DNA of 57,237 bases, filler included, from Catajapyx aquilonaris (Eukaryota): assembly GCA_000934665.2 (NCBI GenBank). It is 3 parts of 3 records of this genome, joined end to end, with 100 filler letters (N's around TTAATTAATTAA, not from the genome) between each part and the next. Parts side by side here need not be neighbours in the genome. Positions count along the whole stretch, not along the records: positions 19,107 to 38,147 come from KZ539556.1; 2 more parts are not named here. One strand, written 5' to 3'. The position numbers were made by a program, and so were the translations under genes. A model generated the notes under the pieces. The model was not told the origin of the DNA and did no database searches. It saw only the letters and a program-made list of their open reading frames with translations. The first letter of the stretch is position 1; the number at the start of each line of letters is the position of its first letter. This document shows positions 24,735-36,770 of this stretch, piece by piece.

Positions 24735-25446
24735 CTTTAGGTATAATATGTTCCTGGGCTTGGCCTGACTCAATTTTGACATTTTTGGGGGTTGACCCAT
24801 TATTTCATAACATCACTCAAAAAAGTGTATAGTTGTACTAGCCAGAAATATATCACTCAGAACCAGAAAGTTTCGCTGTATAGGACACTCCTAGAAGTTT
24901 AGCCGTGATGGCTATATTTTACAGGTGGGAAAATATAGGACCGACACATAGGATTTCTGGTTGTGGAAGACATATTTTTCTAGGCATGTGTTCTAGAAGC
25001 CGTATGTCAGTCACAGCTAAACTGTTTTGTTGTCATTCCTAACTCATGTAACTCTGCGTTTACCACTTTTTCTAGCAACATCACGTCTATATATGGGTTC
25101 ACTTCAGCTTGCCTCGATTAGGTATCACAAATAAACTTGACTAGTTCCTGAAAGTAATAAAAAACACATTGCATTCAAAATATAACTATAATTTCCGAGC
25201 TCAATTAAATTACAATTATTTTACAAAGCATTACATAAAGTAGCATAATATTTCCTAATAATTCAAGTCCCAATCCTTCAGGAGGTCAGACACTTCAACC
25301 TGCATTTCGTCCATACTTCAGTCTAACACCAGCGTACCGCACATGCTTCACTTTTCTGACACAGTCGGACACAGTGTATATGATTAGTAGGGAGTGCACT
25401 TGTCACAGGGGAAGGGGGTTTATACACACACACAAGGGGGGGGGGG

Positions 25447-25555
25447 NNNNNNNNNNNNNNNNNNNNNNNNNNNNNNNNNNNNNNNNNNNNNNNNNNNNNN
25501 NNNNNNNNNNNNNNNNNNNNNNNNNNNNNNNNNNNNNNNNNNNGAGAGAGAGGGA

Positions 25556-25617
<62 letters not shown>
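25447..25617. repeat. Assembly gap (97 N) followed by (GA)n microsatellite
   Basis: Direct inspection. Confidence 0.95.
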
Positions 25618-25619
<2 letters not shown>

Positions 25620-26119
25620 CTGCTGTAGTATGGCAGGGTATGGGCGAGGGAGGACGTGGAAGGATAGGAAGAGTGAAGAGATAGCTCATATGTATGGGAG
25701 AAGGGTCAGTATCAGACTGCCCCACCAGAGAGGGTCAAAATGGATCGGAACCTGTACGTGCAAGGTTAGGCGAAAGGGATTCTAGGAAGTGCACACCTCC
25801 AGTGGGGCCGCCATCTTCAAATAGCTGTCACTTGACTACCTAGTGTCACATGGTGGATCTGAAACACTCCATACCTACTACACGAATGGCCGTGCCATCT
25901 ACAGCAAGAATGGTTCACATAACGTACAGTACAAATTTGTAAATCAACTCGTAAGCAAGGTTATTTACTGAACCACCCTCGTATATGCGCGTCCAATGAG
26001 CGCGAGAATTATCGACCTGGTAGTCGTCCCAAGGCAACTACTGCCAGGTTCATAAATAATTTCAGACGGCTACGTCAAATGGGGTGTGGATGGAAAGCTT
26101 TGAACCACGGTCATATAAG

Positions 26120-26440
26120 TAAGGTCTGGTCACTCCCACCCACCCCCTGCCGGGGCGTTTTGCACCGGGCGCTCACCTGAGAGCGCCAGGAGCAAGGCCA
26201 GGATGCCAGGAGTCATTTCGGGGGCCACGAACATAGTGGCGACCCTACCGGACTAAGGCCGAACTTTATAGGTACGAAAGGAGAGGGCTACATTGGGGGG
26301 CCCAACGGCGGCCATGTTGGGCTCCCTTATTCGTACCTATAAAGTTCAGCCGTAGTCCGGTAGGGTCGCCACTATGTCGTGGCCCCCGAAATGACTCCTG
26401 GCGCTCTCAGGTGAGCGCCCGGTGCAAAATGCCTCGGCAG
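26120..26440. mobile_element. GC-rich foldback element (same family as 40313-40660)
   Basis: Arms ttttgcaccgggcgctcacctgagagcgccaggag / ctcctggcgctctcaggtgagcgcccggtgcaaaa; shares aaggtctggtcact and gtggcgaccctaccggac with the 40313 copy. Confidence 0.8.
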
Positions 26441-26469
26441 CTGATAACGCCAGAACGTAGTATAAGTGT

Positions 26470-28090
26470 CCGTGGGCTGCTTTGAACAAATATCTCTGAA
26501 ACTATGAGGGTCCAACGAACGGGATAAAAAGGTCCCAATAGTCCAAGAGGAGTAGTACGTATGCAGTCCATTGATTTGACATCGATCCGCCGTATGTGGT
26601 TTCTGCCACCATTCAGAGACCTAATATTCCTGAAACTATGCGAGTCCAATGAACTACACTTTATGAGCCTGATACTACTCGGGAAGTACTATCAGGTCCG
26701 TTAATTTCAGAGTACTAGGGCAAATGGTGCGCGTACAGTACAATCGCAGTTGAAAATTTTCTTTGGCAACCTTTGAAACCAAATATCTCTGAATCTAGAA
26801 GGGTCAAATGAACGGGATAAAAATAATGGTCCCATAGTCCAAGAGGAGTAGTATACAGTCAATTAATTTCACATTGATCCGCCGCATGTGGTTTCAGCCA
26901 CCTTTTTGAAACCAAACATTTCCGAAACTATGCGAGTCCAATGAACGACACTTATGGGCCTGATACTACTCAATAAGTACTATCAGGTCCGTAAATTTCA
27001 GATGGCTAGGTCAGATGGGGCAATTACAATCGCAATTGAAATGTTTTTTGGGACAACCTTTGAAGCCAAATATCTCTGAAACTAGAAGGGTCCAGAGAGG
27101 TGTGCATAATATATTCATTCCGATCCGTCGTGGGTGGTGAATCAACTTTCAAGTACAGTTTCGGCCACTTTTTTGAACCCGAATATTTCTGAAACTATGC
27201 GAGTCCAATGAACGAAACGTATGGACCTGGTAGTCCTCGGGACGTAGTACATAGTCCATTAATTTCAGACGCCCACGTCGAATGGTGTGCGCACAATCGC
27301 AGTTGAAATGTTTTGGCGGGAAAACTTTGAACATTTATATCTCTGAAACTAGAGGAGTCCAATGAGCGGGGTAAAAATCCCCAATGAGTCCATTGAGAGT
27401 ACTTATTCGGAATTTATTGGACCGACCATGCCCATAAGGCCCAACAGCCCATTCATTCAACATTAACAACATAATTAATAAAAAATAAATTAATAAATTA
27501 ATAATAATAAATTGAGAGTACTATGAATTCCATTAATTTGAGCTGGATCGGATATAGGTGGTGAGATGCGTGAAGTTGGCTCACCATTTTTTGAAACTAA
27601 ATATCTCTGAAACTATAAGAGTAGGGTCCAAGGAACGGGGTAAAAATTCCCGAAGAGTCCATTGAGCGTACTACATAGTCCATTGGGGAGATGAAGTGGC
27701 GCCGCGGTAACGCGCGCGCCCACGGATATTAAGGTCCCGGGTTCAATCCCCACCCGGGGTTCCCACCTTTATCCGTGCAGAGTTGGGCCATCTCTGGCTT
27801 CATTTCGGGTGGCAATTTCCGACAGACTAAGCCACCCGGGGGAGTTCACAAAATGACCAAGCAACGACATTGCACTTGCACTCTGCACATCCCCTCCTAT
27901 TCATTCCCCCTTCGCTCGCGGTACCCGGGCGTTACGGAAAAGGACCACTTGTAAAAGCTTGTACAGTACATCTTAAGCAAATAAAGGTACCGTGCCAGAT
28001 GCCCAATTAGGGCGGTGCACTAACCCGATTATTATTATACTACATAGTCCATTGATTTCAATTCGATCCGAGGTAGTTGGTGAGCCAAAT
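26470..28090. repeat. Degenerate tandem array of ~140-bp units (aaatatctctgaaacta..gtccaatgaac)
   Basis: Motif recurs at ~26490, 26625, 26780, 26915, 27070, 27180, 27335 and 27600. Confidence 0.7.
27686..28037 (+). mobile_element. tRNA-derived SINE inserted into the tandem array
   Basis: B box gggttcaatccc, (ATT)n tail, 17-bp TSD tactacatagtccattg (27669-27685, 28038-28054). Confidence 0.9.
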
Positions 28091-28375
28091 TCACGCACGT
28101 CCTGGCCCGCTCCTCCCAACATGGGACACGGGACGCTCAAGATTATGAGGCAGCCTTTCTAGCACTACAAGCAAGCTCTTGCTACAAGTGAGTTGCAGTG
28201 TACTGCAGTGGACAGCAATGGAGGAGCAGGCAGTTTGCGAGCAGTTTCGATTGTTGAAGGAGATCGCAAGTCTGAAATACAAGCCGGTGAAGCACATAAT
28301 GACGGAGGACACCGTCCACTGCAGAATGCAACAGAAGAGGTCCTTTAGTAATATAAACACCCAAATAAGAAAATA

Positions 28376-29085
28376 TGAGGGTTGGATTTTAAATAGTGGC
28401 AACACTGATAGATTCAAAAGAAAGCTGTAATTAACAAATTTGTTATAAACATTCCTTCAATATAGTCGTCCACTCACTCCATGACCCTTTTCCAGACATG
28501 TGAGAGGCATTGGATGCCGTCAGCAGAGTGATGTTTGTTGGTATCTGCAATCACCCGCCCTAAAGCTTCAATTCTCTGGGTACGGTTCTCGCACTTGTTC
28601 CTTCATTTTTGTGAACAAAATAATCAAAATTGCAAGGGGTCATGTCTGGAGAGTAGGGAGGGTGCTGCAGTGTTTCCCATTGCCAACAAAGCAATAATTC
28701 TGTCACTGCAGCTGCGACATGGCAATGTGGTAGGGCTGGTCATGGGGCTGGTGTTCAGGAAATTCGGTCACTTGTGTCGTATAGCTGGTCTCATAATTAT
28801 GGTGTTCCAAGTCGTGGTAGTACTGGGCATTGTCATGGCATCTCGTCGCCACCTCGATCTTCAACCAAAAGCTCTGTTCTAACTTCGACGGCATGGCTTA
28901 GGGCTGTGCACGAGGATGCGGTCCCTTTGAACTACCCTGTCACCGTCACCAGTAGCACAAAAGGGTTCAAACTTGGCATGAACAAGCCCCACCTCTGTCT
29001 GGATCTCCCTTCTTGCGCAGAAGCCACAACCCTGTTTTCTTGTGCAAGGGGAACAGGGTTGCCACTCTTTAAAATCCAACCCTTG
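28376..29085 (-). mobile_element. Deleted mariner (DD34D) element
   Basis: TA flanks, ~28-bp TIR agggttggattttaaa.agtggcaac; the minus strand encodes CHDNAQ and WETLQHPPYSPDMTPCNF. Confidence 0.9.
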
Positions 29086-29489
29086 TATGTTAAATAGACT
29101 AGACTAGACTCTTACACCTAGCCTTACACAAGGTGAACGTATGCATTCAATATTTATATGCACATAGCAGTGTTGGCACACTTTCTCATTTTTGACCCAG
29201 CTATATAGTCATTTGGACCCTGAGCCTCAGTGACAGTGTGTAATGTTTTATCCTCAATACAAGTACAAGAAAACAACAGCAAATTGAGGAAGGGTTTTAA
29301 AAAATGCATTATAGCACTCAAACCGTTGTCATCCATAGAGTGTAGTACACATACACCAACCAGCTCCCCTGTGCACATTTATCTTGTAACAGCAAGTTAG
29401 GAGTGTTTGCTCCTATCTTACAGATAAGATACTGTTGTCACAAAAATCCATTCCTGCACAGACAACGCATTCTATATCCACAAGGAACA

Positions 29490-29789
29490 ATGGCCATCAA
29501 ATTATTGCTGTGCATTGCCTGTATTTTCACATTGGGCTTGGCAAATGAGTGGGGCTCTGGTGATGACAGTGATGATGGGGATGACATCCTAGAACCAATG
29601 GTGAAAATTCTAAGTGACAATGACATGTACTTTTTGGATCCTATGAACTCAAGTGACTGGTCACTTCCTGAAGAAAATGAACCTAATGTGCCCACTACAA
29701 CCATTGAGCATTCAGACAACCCAGTGACTGAAATAACCCCTAATGTGACTGAAGCTACTCCTAAGCCACCAACTACAATGAAATTCAAG
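29490..29789 (+). CDS. Exon 1 of a type I membrane mucin-stalk/Ig-domain protein (signal peptide, acidic GSGDD motif, T/P-rich region)
   Basis: ATG at 29490, MAIKLLLCIACIFTLGLA hydrophobic leader, 100 codons, donor AAG|gtgaga. Confidence 0.8.
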
Positions 29790-29884
29790 GTGAGAACAAA
29801 TTTCACATTATATTCATGCATCTTTTTAAAAAATATGTCCTCTAACTGTGACAATAATTATGCACCTCATCTCATTAACTCAAG

Positions 29885-30628
29885 GTTACAACCACCACTG
29901 TAGCAGAAACAACTCATTTCCTTGGCACAACAATGGAGGCCACCACTGTTGATACCACTATCATGACAAAACCCACATCAACAGTGCCTCCTACATCCAA
30001 TTTACCATCACCAATTCCAACTGATGTACCTTGCATCATGACTTGCACAATTGACTGGATTGCACTTAATATTCACCCAGCAAATGAACTGTTACCTGAG
30101 AGGGACTTGATAATTCTCAGATGCCCCTTGACAACAAAGAGTGCAAATATCACTAATTTTGCTGAAAATGTGAAGTGGCTGTTCCAGGGAAGAGATGGTT
30201 CTACCTATTCTCTCAGCAATCAGACAATTGCAAATATGACGTATCACATAGATCACAACATGACAGAATCTATTCTGACACTTCCCAACTTGACTTCATT
30301 ATATTCTGGCAACTACACTTGTTACTTGATATTGCCATGCTGTGGTGGGGGAAACCTAACACTTTCCAGTCGCAGTCACCTGCAGGTGTATGTAGTACCT
30401 AACTATTTGTTGCACATAATCATTGTTTATTCAATCACTGCTGCACTTTTTGTCTTCATTGTTGTAATGACAATGCTTCACTGGTGGAAACAGAAAAGAC
30501 ATATTCCAAACATGTTGCAGCATACTATAACTTTCCAGCCAGTTATAACTCTACCTGATGCAGTGCTTCTGCAAAATGAGGACACCTTCTCAGATGATGA
30601 TAGTTTTGATTCCAACAGTGAGGCATAG
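29885..30628 (+). CDS. Exon 2 of the same gene: mucin stalk, single Ig-like domain, TM helix, acidic cytoplasmic tail
   Basis: Phase-0 acceptor ctcaag after a 95-nt intron is in frame with ORF 29933-30628; Ig signature LRCP..VKWLF..LTL..YSGNYTC; TM YLLHIIIVYSITAALFVFIVVMTML; total ~347 aa. Confidence 0.8.
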   Translation, partial: VTTTTVAETTHFLGTTMEATTVDTTIMTKPTSTVPPTSNLPSPIPTDVPCIMTCTIDWIALNIHPANELLPERDLIILRCPLTTKSANITNFAENVKWLFQGRDGSTYSLSNQTIANMTYHIDHNMTESILTLPNLTSLYSGNYTCYLILPCCGGGNLTLSSRSHLQVYVVPNYLLHIIIVYSITAALFVFIVVMTMLHWWKQKRHIPNMLQHTITFQPVITLPDAVLLQNEDTFSDDDSFDSNSEA

Positions 30629-30875
30629 TCACATGATAGTGTGTTGTGATATTGTGATAATTTTTTTCTCACACAACATAGAGAATAGGCCTAACACACC
30701 AGGTGTCATGGTGTAGAGCTGAAAATAAGTAGTACTGAACTGTACCATATTGATTCCAGCCTAGTTTAACAGGTAGTAGTCATCGTAAAGAGGCTAAACA
30801 TATACAGTACTGTCCACATTCAAATCTGCCACCGTTAAAAAAAAAGTGGTATCCAAGCAGTTGATCTTGACTTGC

Positions 30876-31866
30876 ATGTCCAACTCTATTAGACTAATGC
30901 AGTAGGCTACACTACCTTACCCAAATCCCGTAGTCTATGCACGCCCCAAAAAAGTGGAGGGGTGGGGTAGTAAACAAAATGTGATAAATAATCTCTGTTA
31001 AGATTATCTGGACTTTTGAATTGATAAGTATTGATCGTAGCAATGGAGCTAGGATGACACCAAAGTTAAAGTTAATTTGACAGTTAACAACTGAAACAAA
31101 TATGATTACACTTTGGACAGTGAATTTCTGTGGGGTCTGATAATAATTGCTGTCACTACGTTAATTTGTTATGTAACAGGACATTAATTTTAATGATGAA
31201 TCTGAGGGGCCACACAAACCCAAAGACTGCATTGAAATTAATCACAAAAATGTGTCACAGAATTTTAAAACGTTTTCCATGACTTCTATTTTTTATCTGC
31301 ACATTTTTGAATGAAGGGATATTTAAAGCCATTTCACATTAATTGAATTGAAATTTTTTATTGTAGCACATTGGACTGAGGTCTAAATACACAATGTCAT
31401 CACATTTTAATTTACCAATAAATAACAATTTTAAATGTAGTTCTGCAAATTGTAGCAATTTCTGAAAACTTACACAAGATATAAACATTTTAAATTCAGT
31501 GCCAAATTTTTTGTAATTAATGCCAATGCAGTCTTTGGGTTTGTGTGGCCCCTCACATTCATCATTAAAATTAATGTCCTGCTACGTAACAAATTAAAAT
31601 TGTGACAGCAATTATTACCAGCCCCAACAGAAATTCACTGTCCAAAGTGTAATCATTTTGCTTCAGTTGTTAACTGTCAAATTAACTTTAACTTCGGTGC
31701 CATCCTAGCTCTATTGTTACGATTGATAATTATAAATTCTAACATCCAGATTATCTTAACGAAGATTTTTCATTGCATTTTGTTTACTCCTCCACCATTC
31801 CACTTTTTTGGGGCACGTGTAGACTACGGGATTTGGGTAAGGTAGTTTTATTGAGGTGGACAAGCA
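30876..31866. mobile_element. ~1-kb foldback element (~400-bp arms)
   Basis: ctaccttacccaaatcccgtagtcta / tagactacgggatttgggtaaggtag with complementarity continuing inward to ~31270/31480. Confidence 0.85.
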
Positions 31867-33117
31867 ACTCTCAACACTACTGCACCTTTCAGCTGCAGAT
31901 TTTTCCCTAAAGACAGCAGACATTTGAACACCTGCATTCCTCCAAGGGTGAGAAACTCTCCAACCCAGCCCCTCACAACTCGAGCGTTACAGTAGTGTAA
32001 TTAGAGAGTCCCTGGCAGCCTAGAATTTGGCGCCCACAGGCATTAAACGATTCGGGTGGATGCCTGAACCAACCCAAACCATCCTTTCCACCACAGGTGG
32101 GTCTGGAGGGCATTTGGACGGTGTTATGCGACAGGGAACTAATCCTCAACACAACATTCCGAGCAGTTTAAGTGTAAACATCATCACAATTTAAAAAATT
32201 ATGCCCTCTGTAATTTGAATAATTTCAGTTGGGTGATATGTATTAACCCAGATGTGCAGGGAAAAGTTTTTGTTGAATGTTTGAACTTTCTTTGTTTCTA
32301 TTAGTTCATATTAGTTCCCAAAACACAAAAATCGAGATCAAACATTTTTCTGAATTCTTGTTTGCGAGAAAATGGCCGTTCCCTATAATTATGGGATGTT
32401 AGGAAAATGTAACCTAGTGTGGCTATAAGTTGTTGATTACATTACCATGGCAACAGTGACATTCAGCAACATCCACAGTTTCATAATATCACCAATGATT
32501 GATTGTTGTCGATTGCATTACCACGGAAACAGCCCGCGCAAAGAAGGGGTTGCAATTTAGTCACAATCAAAAACTATCAAGGATTGTTGCATTGCCATGT
32601 TAACCATTTGCCATGTAATCTCATTTTAATTCTATGGATTAATTAAAATACAGTTCAACAAAGTGTACAAAATCCACACACATACTTTACTTGTCCAAAT
32701 GTTGGTGAATTTGCCTCTTGTGTTCTCCCAAGGGGACACCAGATTTCAACACTACTGTCAGACAAGGAAAGTAAAAAAAATATGCCTATATTTCCCCATC
32801 AACATCATCATTCATAAGTTTTCTACAGTAAGTATTACAAACAATAAATTACTCATAACACTAATCAATATTCGAAAATTAAATACTAATCATATTCGGA
32901 ACATGAAGGTGCAGCCATTATTTCCTGTGTCAAAAGTCAAACACCTGTATCTTAAAAATATTGAAAAGGTTTTAACTGGTATCTTTAGCTGTGACTCTAC
33001 TGAAGCCCCCATCACTACTGCCAGCTCTTTAGCAGCAGAAGAACCAGCACAAAAAAATTAAAATGTAACAACTGTGCAGGTGTCCCCTGTAGGGGACACT
33101 TGGCATATCGGGGCTAA

Positions 33118-33244
33118 GGGCCGGTTTCACCGAGCTCAGTATATGATAAAACCAGGGTTCTTTCTCAAAATCCCTATCTATTTGTATGGGATTTTCCTAA
33201 AGAAACCTGGTTTTATCATATACCAAGCTCGGTGAAACCGGCCA
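33118..33244. mobile_element. PIF/Harbinger MITE
   Basis: TAA flanks, TIR ggccggtttcaccgagct / agctcggtgaaaccggcc; related copy at ~47599-47752. Confidence 0.8.
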
Positions 33245-33598
33245 TAAATAAGAGGATTGTAAATTAAAACTTGGATATTTTTTGCAGAAATCAATGTGGC
33301 TCTTTGGCAATCTGAAAAAAGTAATACTGGACTTTTTTTTATTTTGAGGGTTGGTTCCTTGTTGCATAACACCGTCCATTAGCAGATCACCAGTCAGCCA
33401 CCCAAATCATAAGATGCCTGTGGGGCTGCGCCAGTGCCAAATTCCAGGCTGGCAGGGAATCTCTAATATATTACACTACCATCACCATAAGGATAGATTG
33501 GGAGTTGCAGAGAGCTGCCACACCAAATGGTTGATGCAGCTGTGAGCAGCATGGCAACAGAGTGATCCATCACCACAATGTTGATTCAACTGTTCATA

Positions 33599-34161
33599 CC
33601 GTATTACCTCTCATAAAGCGGCATGCCGGTATAAAACGAGGTCGAACAGCATGCCGGTATAACCCGGGGGTGGCCGGCATGCCGCAATAACCGAGGTAGG
33701 TTTCTGTAATTTTGATCCTTGCCAAATTTTTTGGAATGCTTCTGGTACAGTACTAAAATAATGTTACAATGGAAATGGGCGAGTGTACAGGCTATGAGAA
33801 TATGCAAATTCTGTTGCACAGTGCATATAAAAAAATGTAATGTGTGTGACCAATCCCATCGTCAGCCTGCTTTGACAGGGGAACCCCCTGCTCCAAATCT
33901 TTAAATAGAGAATATTTCCAGACACTGCAATTGAAAACAATATATGGTACGAGTACCCTATTCAGAAAATGTGCCTTTTCCATAGCATTTACGTGAATTT
34001 AGATTTCAGGCAAATGTCAAGTTCAGAAAGGATAATGTAACTTACGGTGTGTGAAAACCTCGCCTTATACCGGCATGCCGGTATAGCCACCAGATCGTGC
34101 ATTTCGAAAATTTGGTTGACCTCAACTACACTGGCATGCTGCTTTATGAGAGGTAATACAG
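33599..34161. mobile_element. pogo/Tigger-like MITE
   Basis: TA flanks, TIR gtattacctctcataaagc / gctttatgagaggtaatac; degenerate relative at ~7727-7850. Confidence 0.75.
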
Positions 34162-34182
34162 TATCAAACAAATTGCACATTA

Positions 34183-35840
34183 CTTGCACAACACCAATGA
34201 AGTTCGCCTAGCATGAAAATCGCCTGCATGTCGATGTTACAAATACGAATTACTTGAGAATGAATCATGTTTTAATCACACAACTTATATGCTAATGAGC
34301 CACATGGAAGAGCAATGTTGGGGCGAGATATCAATGCATTTGTTAGTGGAACAAGACGAATAGGACAGTATTTATTTAGCGCGCCGGGGGCAATGGAGAG
34401 TGCTGAACGTGCCACAAAGTTCGCCTAGAAGCAGGTGACATCGCCATGGGCAGCAATGACGGCCTCCACACAACACGTGTTGAATGAGCTCTGGCACTCG
34501 GATAGAGTGATGGTGTCCCGAACCTCCAGTAGTTTGGCCCTCAAGGGATGCCTTGGTGCAAGGATGTTTCCTCTGAATTACCTTCTTCATGATTTTCCGG
34601 TCTATCTCAATCGGACTGAGGTCCAGGCTGCTCCATGGCCACGTAGAATGTCAATCCCCTTGTCTGCTTCTGCTGTTTTGGCAAGATGCAAAGTCCTGTT
34701 GAAATATTACGTTGACATCCGGATGTAAGGTTGCTATTGAGGGCACACACAGCGGATGGTCTCTCAAAATCTCCTGAAACATGACTGTATCGATGGTGCC
34801 ACTGATGCCGTGAACGTTGCCAAGGCCAACACTACCCATGCATCCCCACACCATAATGCTGTATGCATGTTTGACGGTTCTAGTGAGACATTGGGATCGT
34901 ATGCCTCTTCCTATGTTTGCAGTACTCGATTATGGATGTCCCTGTACTGACTAATTAATTGCGAAACTTGACTAATTCCATATCTGATGTGCCCAATGCT
35001 TCCATTCCTTCACCCAAGCAAGTCTTTTTCTTGTTTCAGTACCATCAAGAGTGGTTTCTTCTTGCCCTATTGTCAAGAGGGCAGGTCCTGATTTCATGAA
35101 TTCCCCGTTAGTCTTTAGAGAAGTTACGCATAAAAGTTCATCCTCATGTCACGGATACAGACTCGACAGGTTGTTGTGGGGACCACCTTTTGGGTCACCT
35201 CTGACCATTTTGAAATTGATGGTCACTGCTCCTTTCGCCAATTTTGCGACACATTTTTTTCAGCTCTCTGTTTTTCCTTGCTGCTGTTGCCTGGTGACGT
35301 CCATAATAAGGTTTTTCTGGATGATTCTTGTAGTTTTGTTACTTCATGCGATGCCCCTTACCATGGAGCATGGCACATGCCCTTCTTGTCCAACCACATA
35401 CGCAGACTTTCCTTCTTCAGAGATCTTCCATATCACCTTGCATACCTCTGGAGGAATGGGCTTACCACCACCCGTGATTGTTATTTTTAGACACAGAGTG
35501 CAATGACTAATGGCATTGTGGCGCAGGGCAAGAGACCTGCACTTTTTTTCCCATCTGGCACAACCATATCAGTCTGTATTTAACAGTGGGCGAACTTTGT
35601 GGCACGTTTAGCGCTCTGGGTGAACTCCATTGCCCCCGGCATGATAAATAAATACTGTCCTATTCATCTTGTTCCATTGACAAATGCATTGATATCTCGC
35701 CCGAACATTGCTCTTCCATGTGGCTCATTAGCATATAAGTTGTGTGATTAAAACATGATTCATTCTCAAGTAATTCATATTTGTAACATCGACATGCAGG
35801 TGATTTTCGTGCTAGGCGAACTACACTGGTGTTGGGCAAG
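34183..35840 (-). mobile_element. Near full-length decayed Tc1-like (DD34E) transposon with long TIRs
   Basis: TA flanks, ~240-bp TIRs; minus-strand remnants GKPIPPEVCKVI (paired-like), MVWGCM, IFQQD and WPWSSLDLSPIE. Confidence 0.9.
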
Positions 35841-35975
35841 TACATGGTTCTACAAAATGCAAGCTTTTCTATGGGCAGTTTCTCTTTTCAATTGTAAGGT
35901 CCCAAGAGGCAAGGGGCCTGAACAACAGGTTGGCGAGGCCATTTCATTACCCCGGTTTTATGACAGAATCGCGCG

Positions 35976-36318
35976 CACACACATACAGACTTGTCTGGCC
36001 TAAGCTCAGAGGACATTTATCACACAACTTTTCTAGCCTAGCCTAACGTAACCTAGCCTAACGTAACCTAGCCTAACGTAACCTAGCCTAACGTAACCTA
36101 ACCTAGCCTAGCCTACCCTACCTAACCTTGGCTGAGTAAAACTGAATTTCCGTAAACCCAATTGTGGGGACATGTCCCCACTAAAGTAGTACCACACCCG
36201 AGTTTTTAGCCATGGGAACCAAAAAATGTCCCCACGATTGGGTCATGTCCCCACAGTTACAGTGAATACACCAATCCCCGTCCCCTGAACTTAGGGCAGA
36301 CCTGTCCACACCACACCC
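35976..36318 (+). mobile_element. (CA)n-flanked TIR element with an expanded (cctagcctaacgtaa)n array
   Basis: Same architecture as 10623-10951; gtggggacatgtccccac palindrome. Confidence 0.7.
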
Positions 36319-36488
36319 AGCGCAGCTCTACTACCAAAACCAAAAACACAGTAAGTTACATTTCCCTCCAATGCGACTACTGTTTTTGGTTTTGGCGGCA
36401 GAGCTTCCATAAATGACTTCTAAATATCCTTGGAGGATACACTACACTAACTAGAGTGTAAAAATTTATCAGCAAACAATATGGTATA

Positions 36489-36770
36489 ATAATAATTCAT
36501 ACCCCGTTATCAGCCTATCAGCTCTTTAGGGGGAAAGTTTTGTTTTACCTGGAACTCTTGCTTTCATTTTTACTGCGCTTTTTGGGATAGGATAGGGACG
36601 GAAGGAAGCGGCTGTGGCCTATTAATTACTGAAGCAACTCCGGAATTTTCCTGGAAGGACTGTGGGAAACCACAGAAAACCACGGTCAGAGTTGCCGGCC
36701 CCGGGATTTGATCCCAGGATCTCCCGATTAGCAGTCGGACACCATATCCCCTACTCCAAACTGCTTCGGT
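36489..36770 (-). mobile_element. tRNA-derived SINE
   Basis: 14-bp TSD aacaatatggtata (36475-36488, 36771-36784); near-identical to 12332-12608. Confidence 0.9.

Noticed and set aside
36030..36130. cctaa-rich array resembling arthropod telomeric (TTAGG)n
   Set aside because: The unit is a 15-mer inside a dispersed TIR element, not a telomeric tract.
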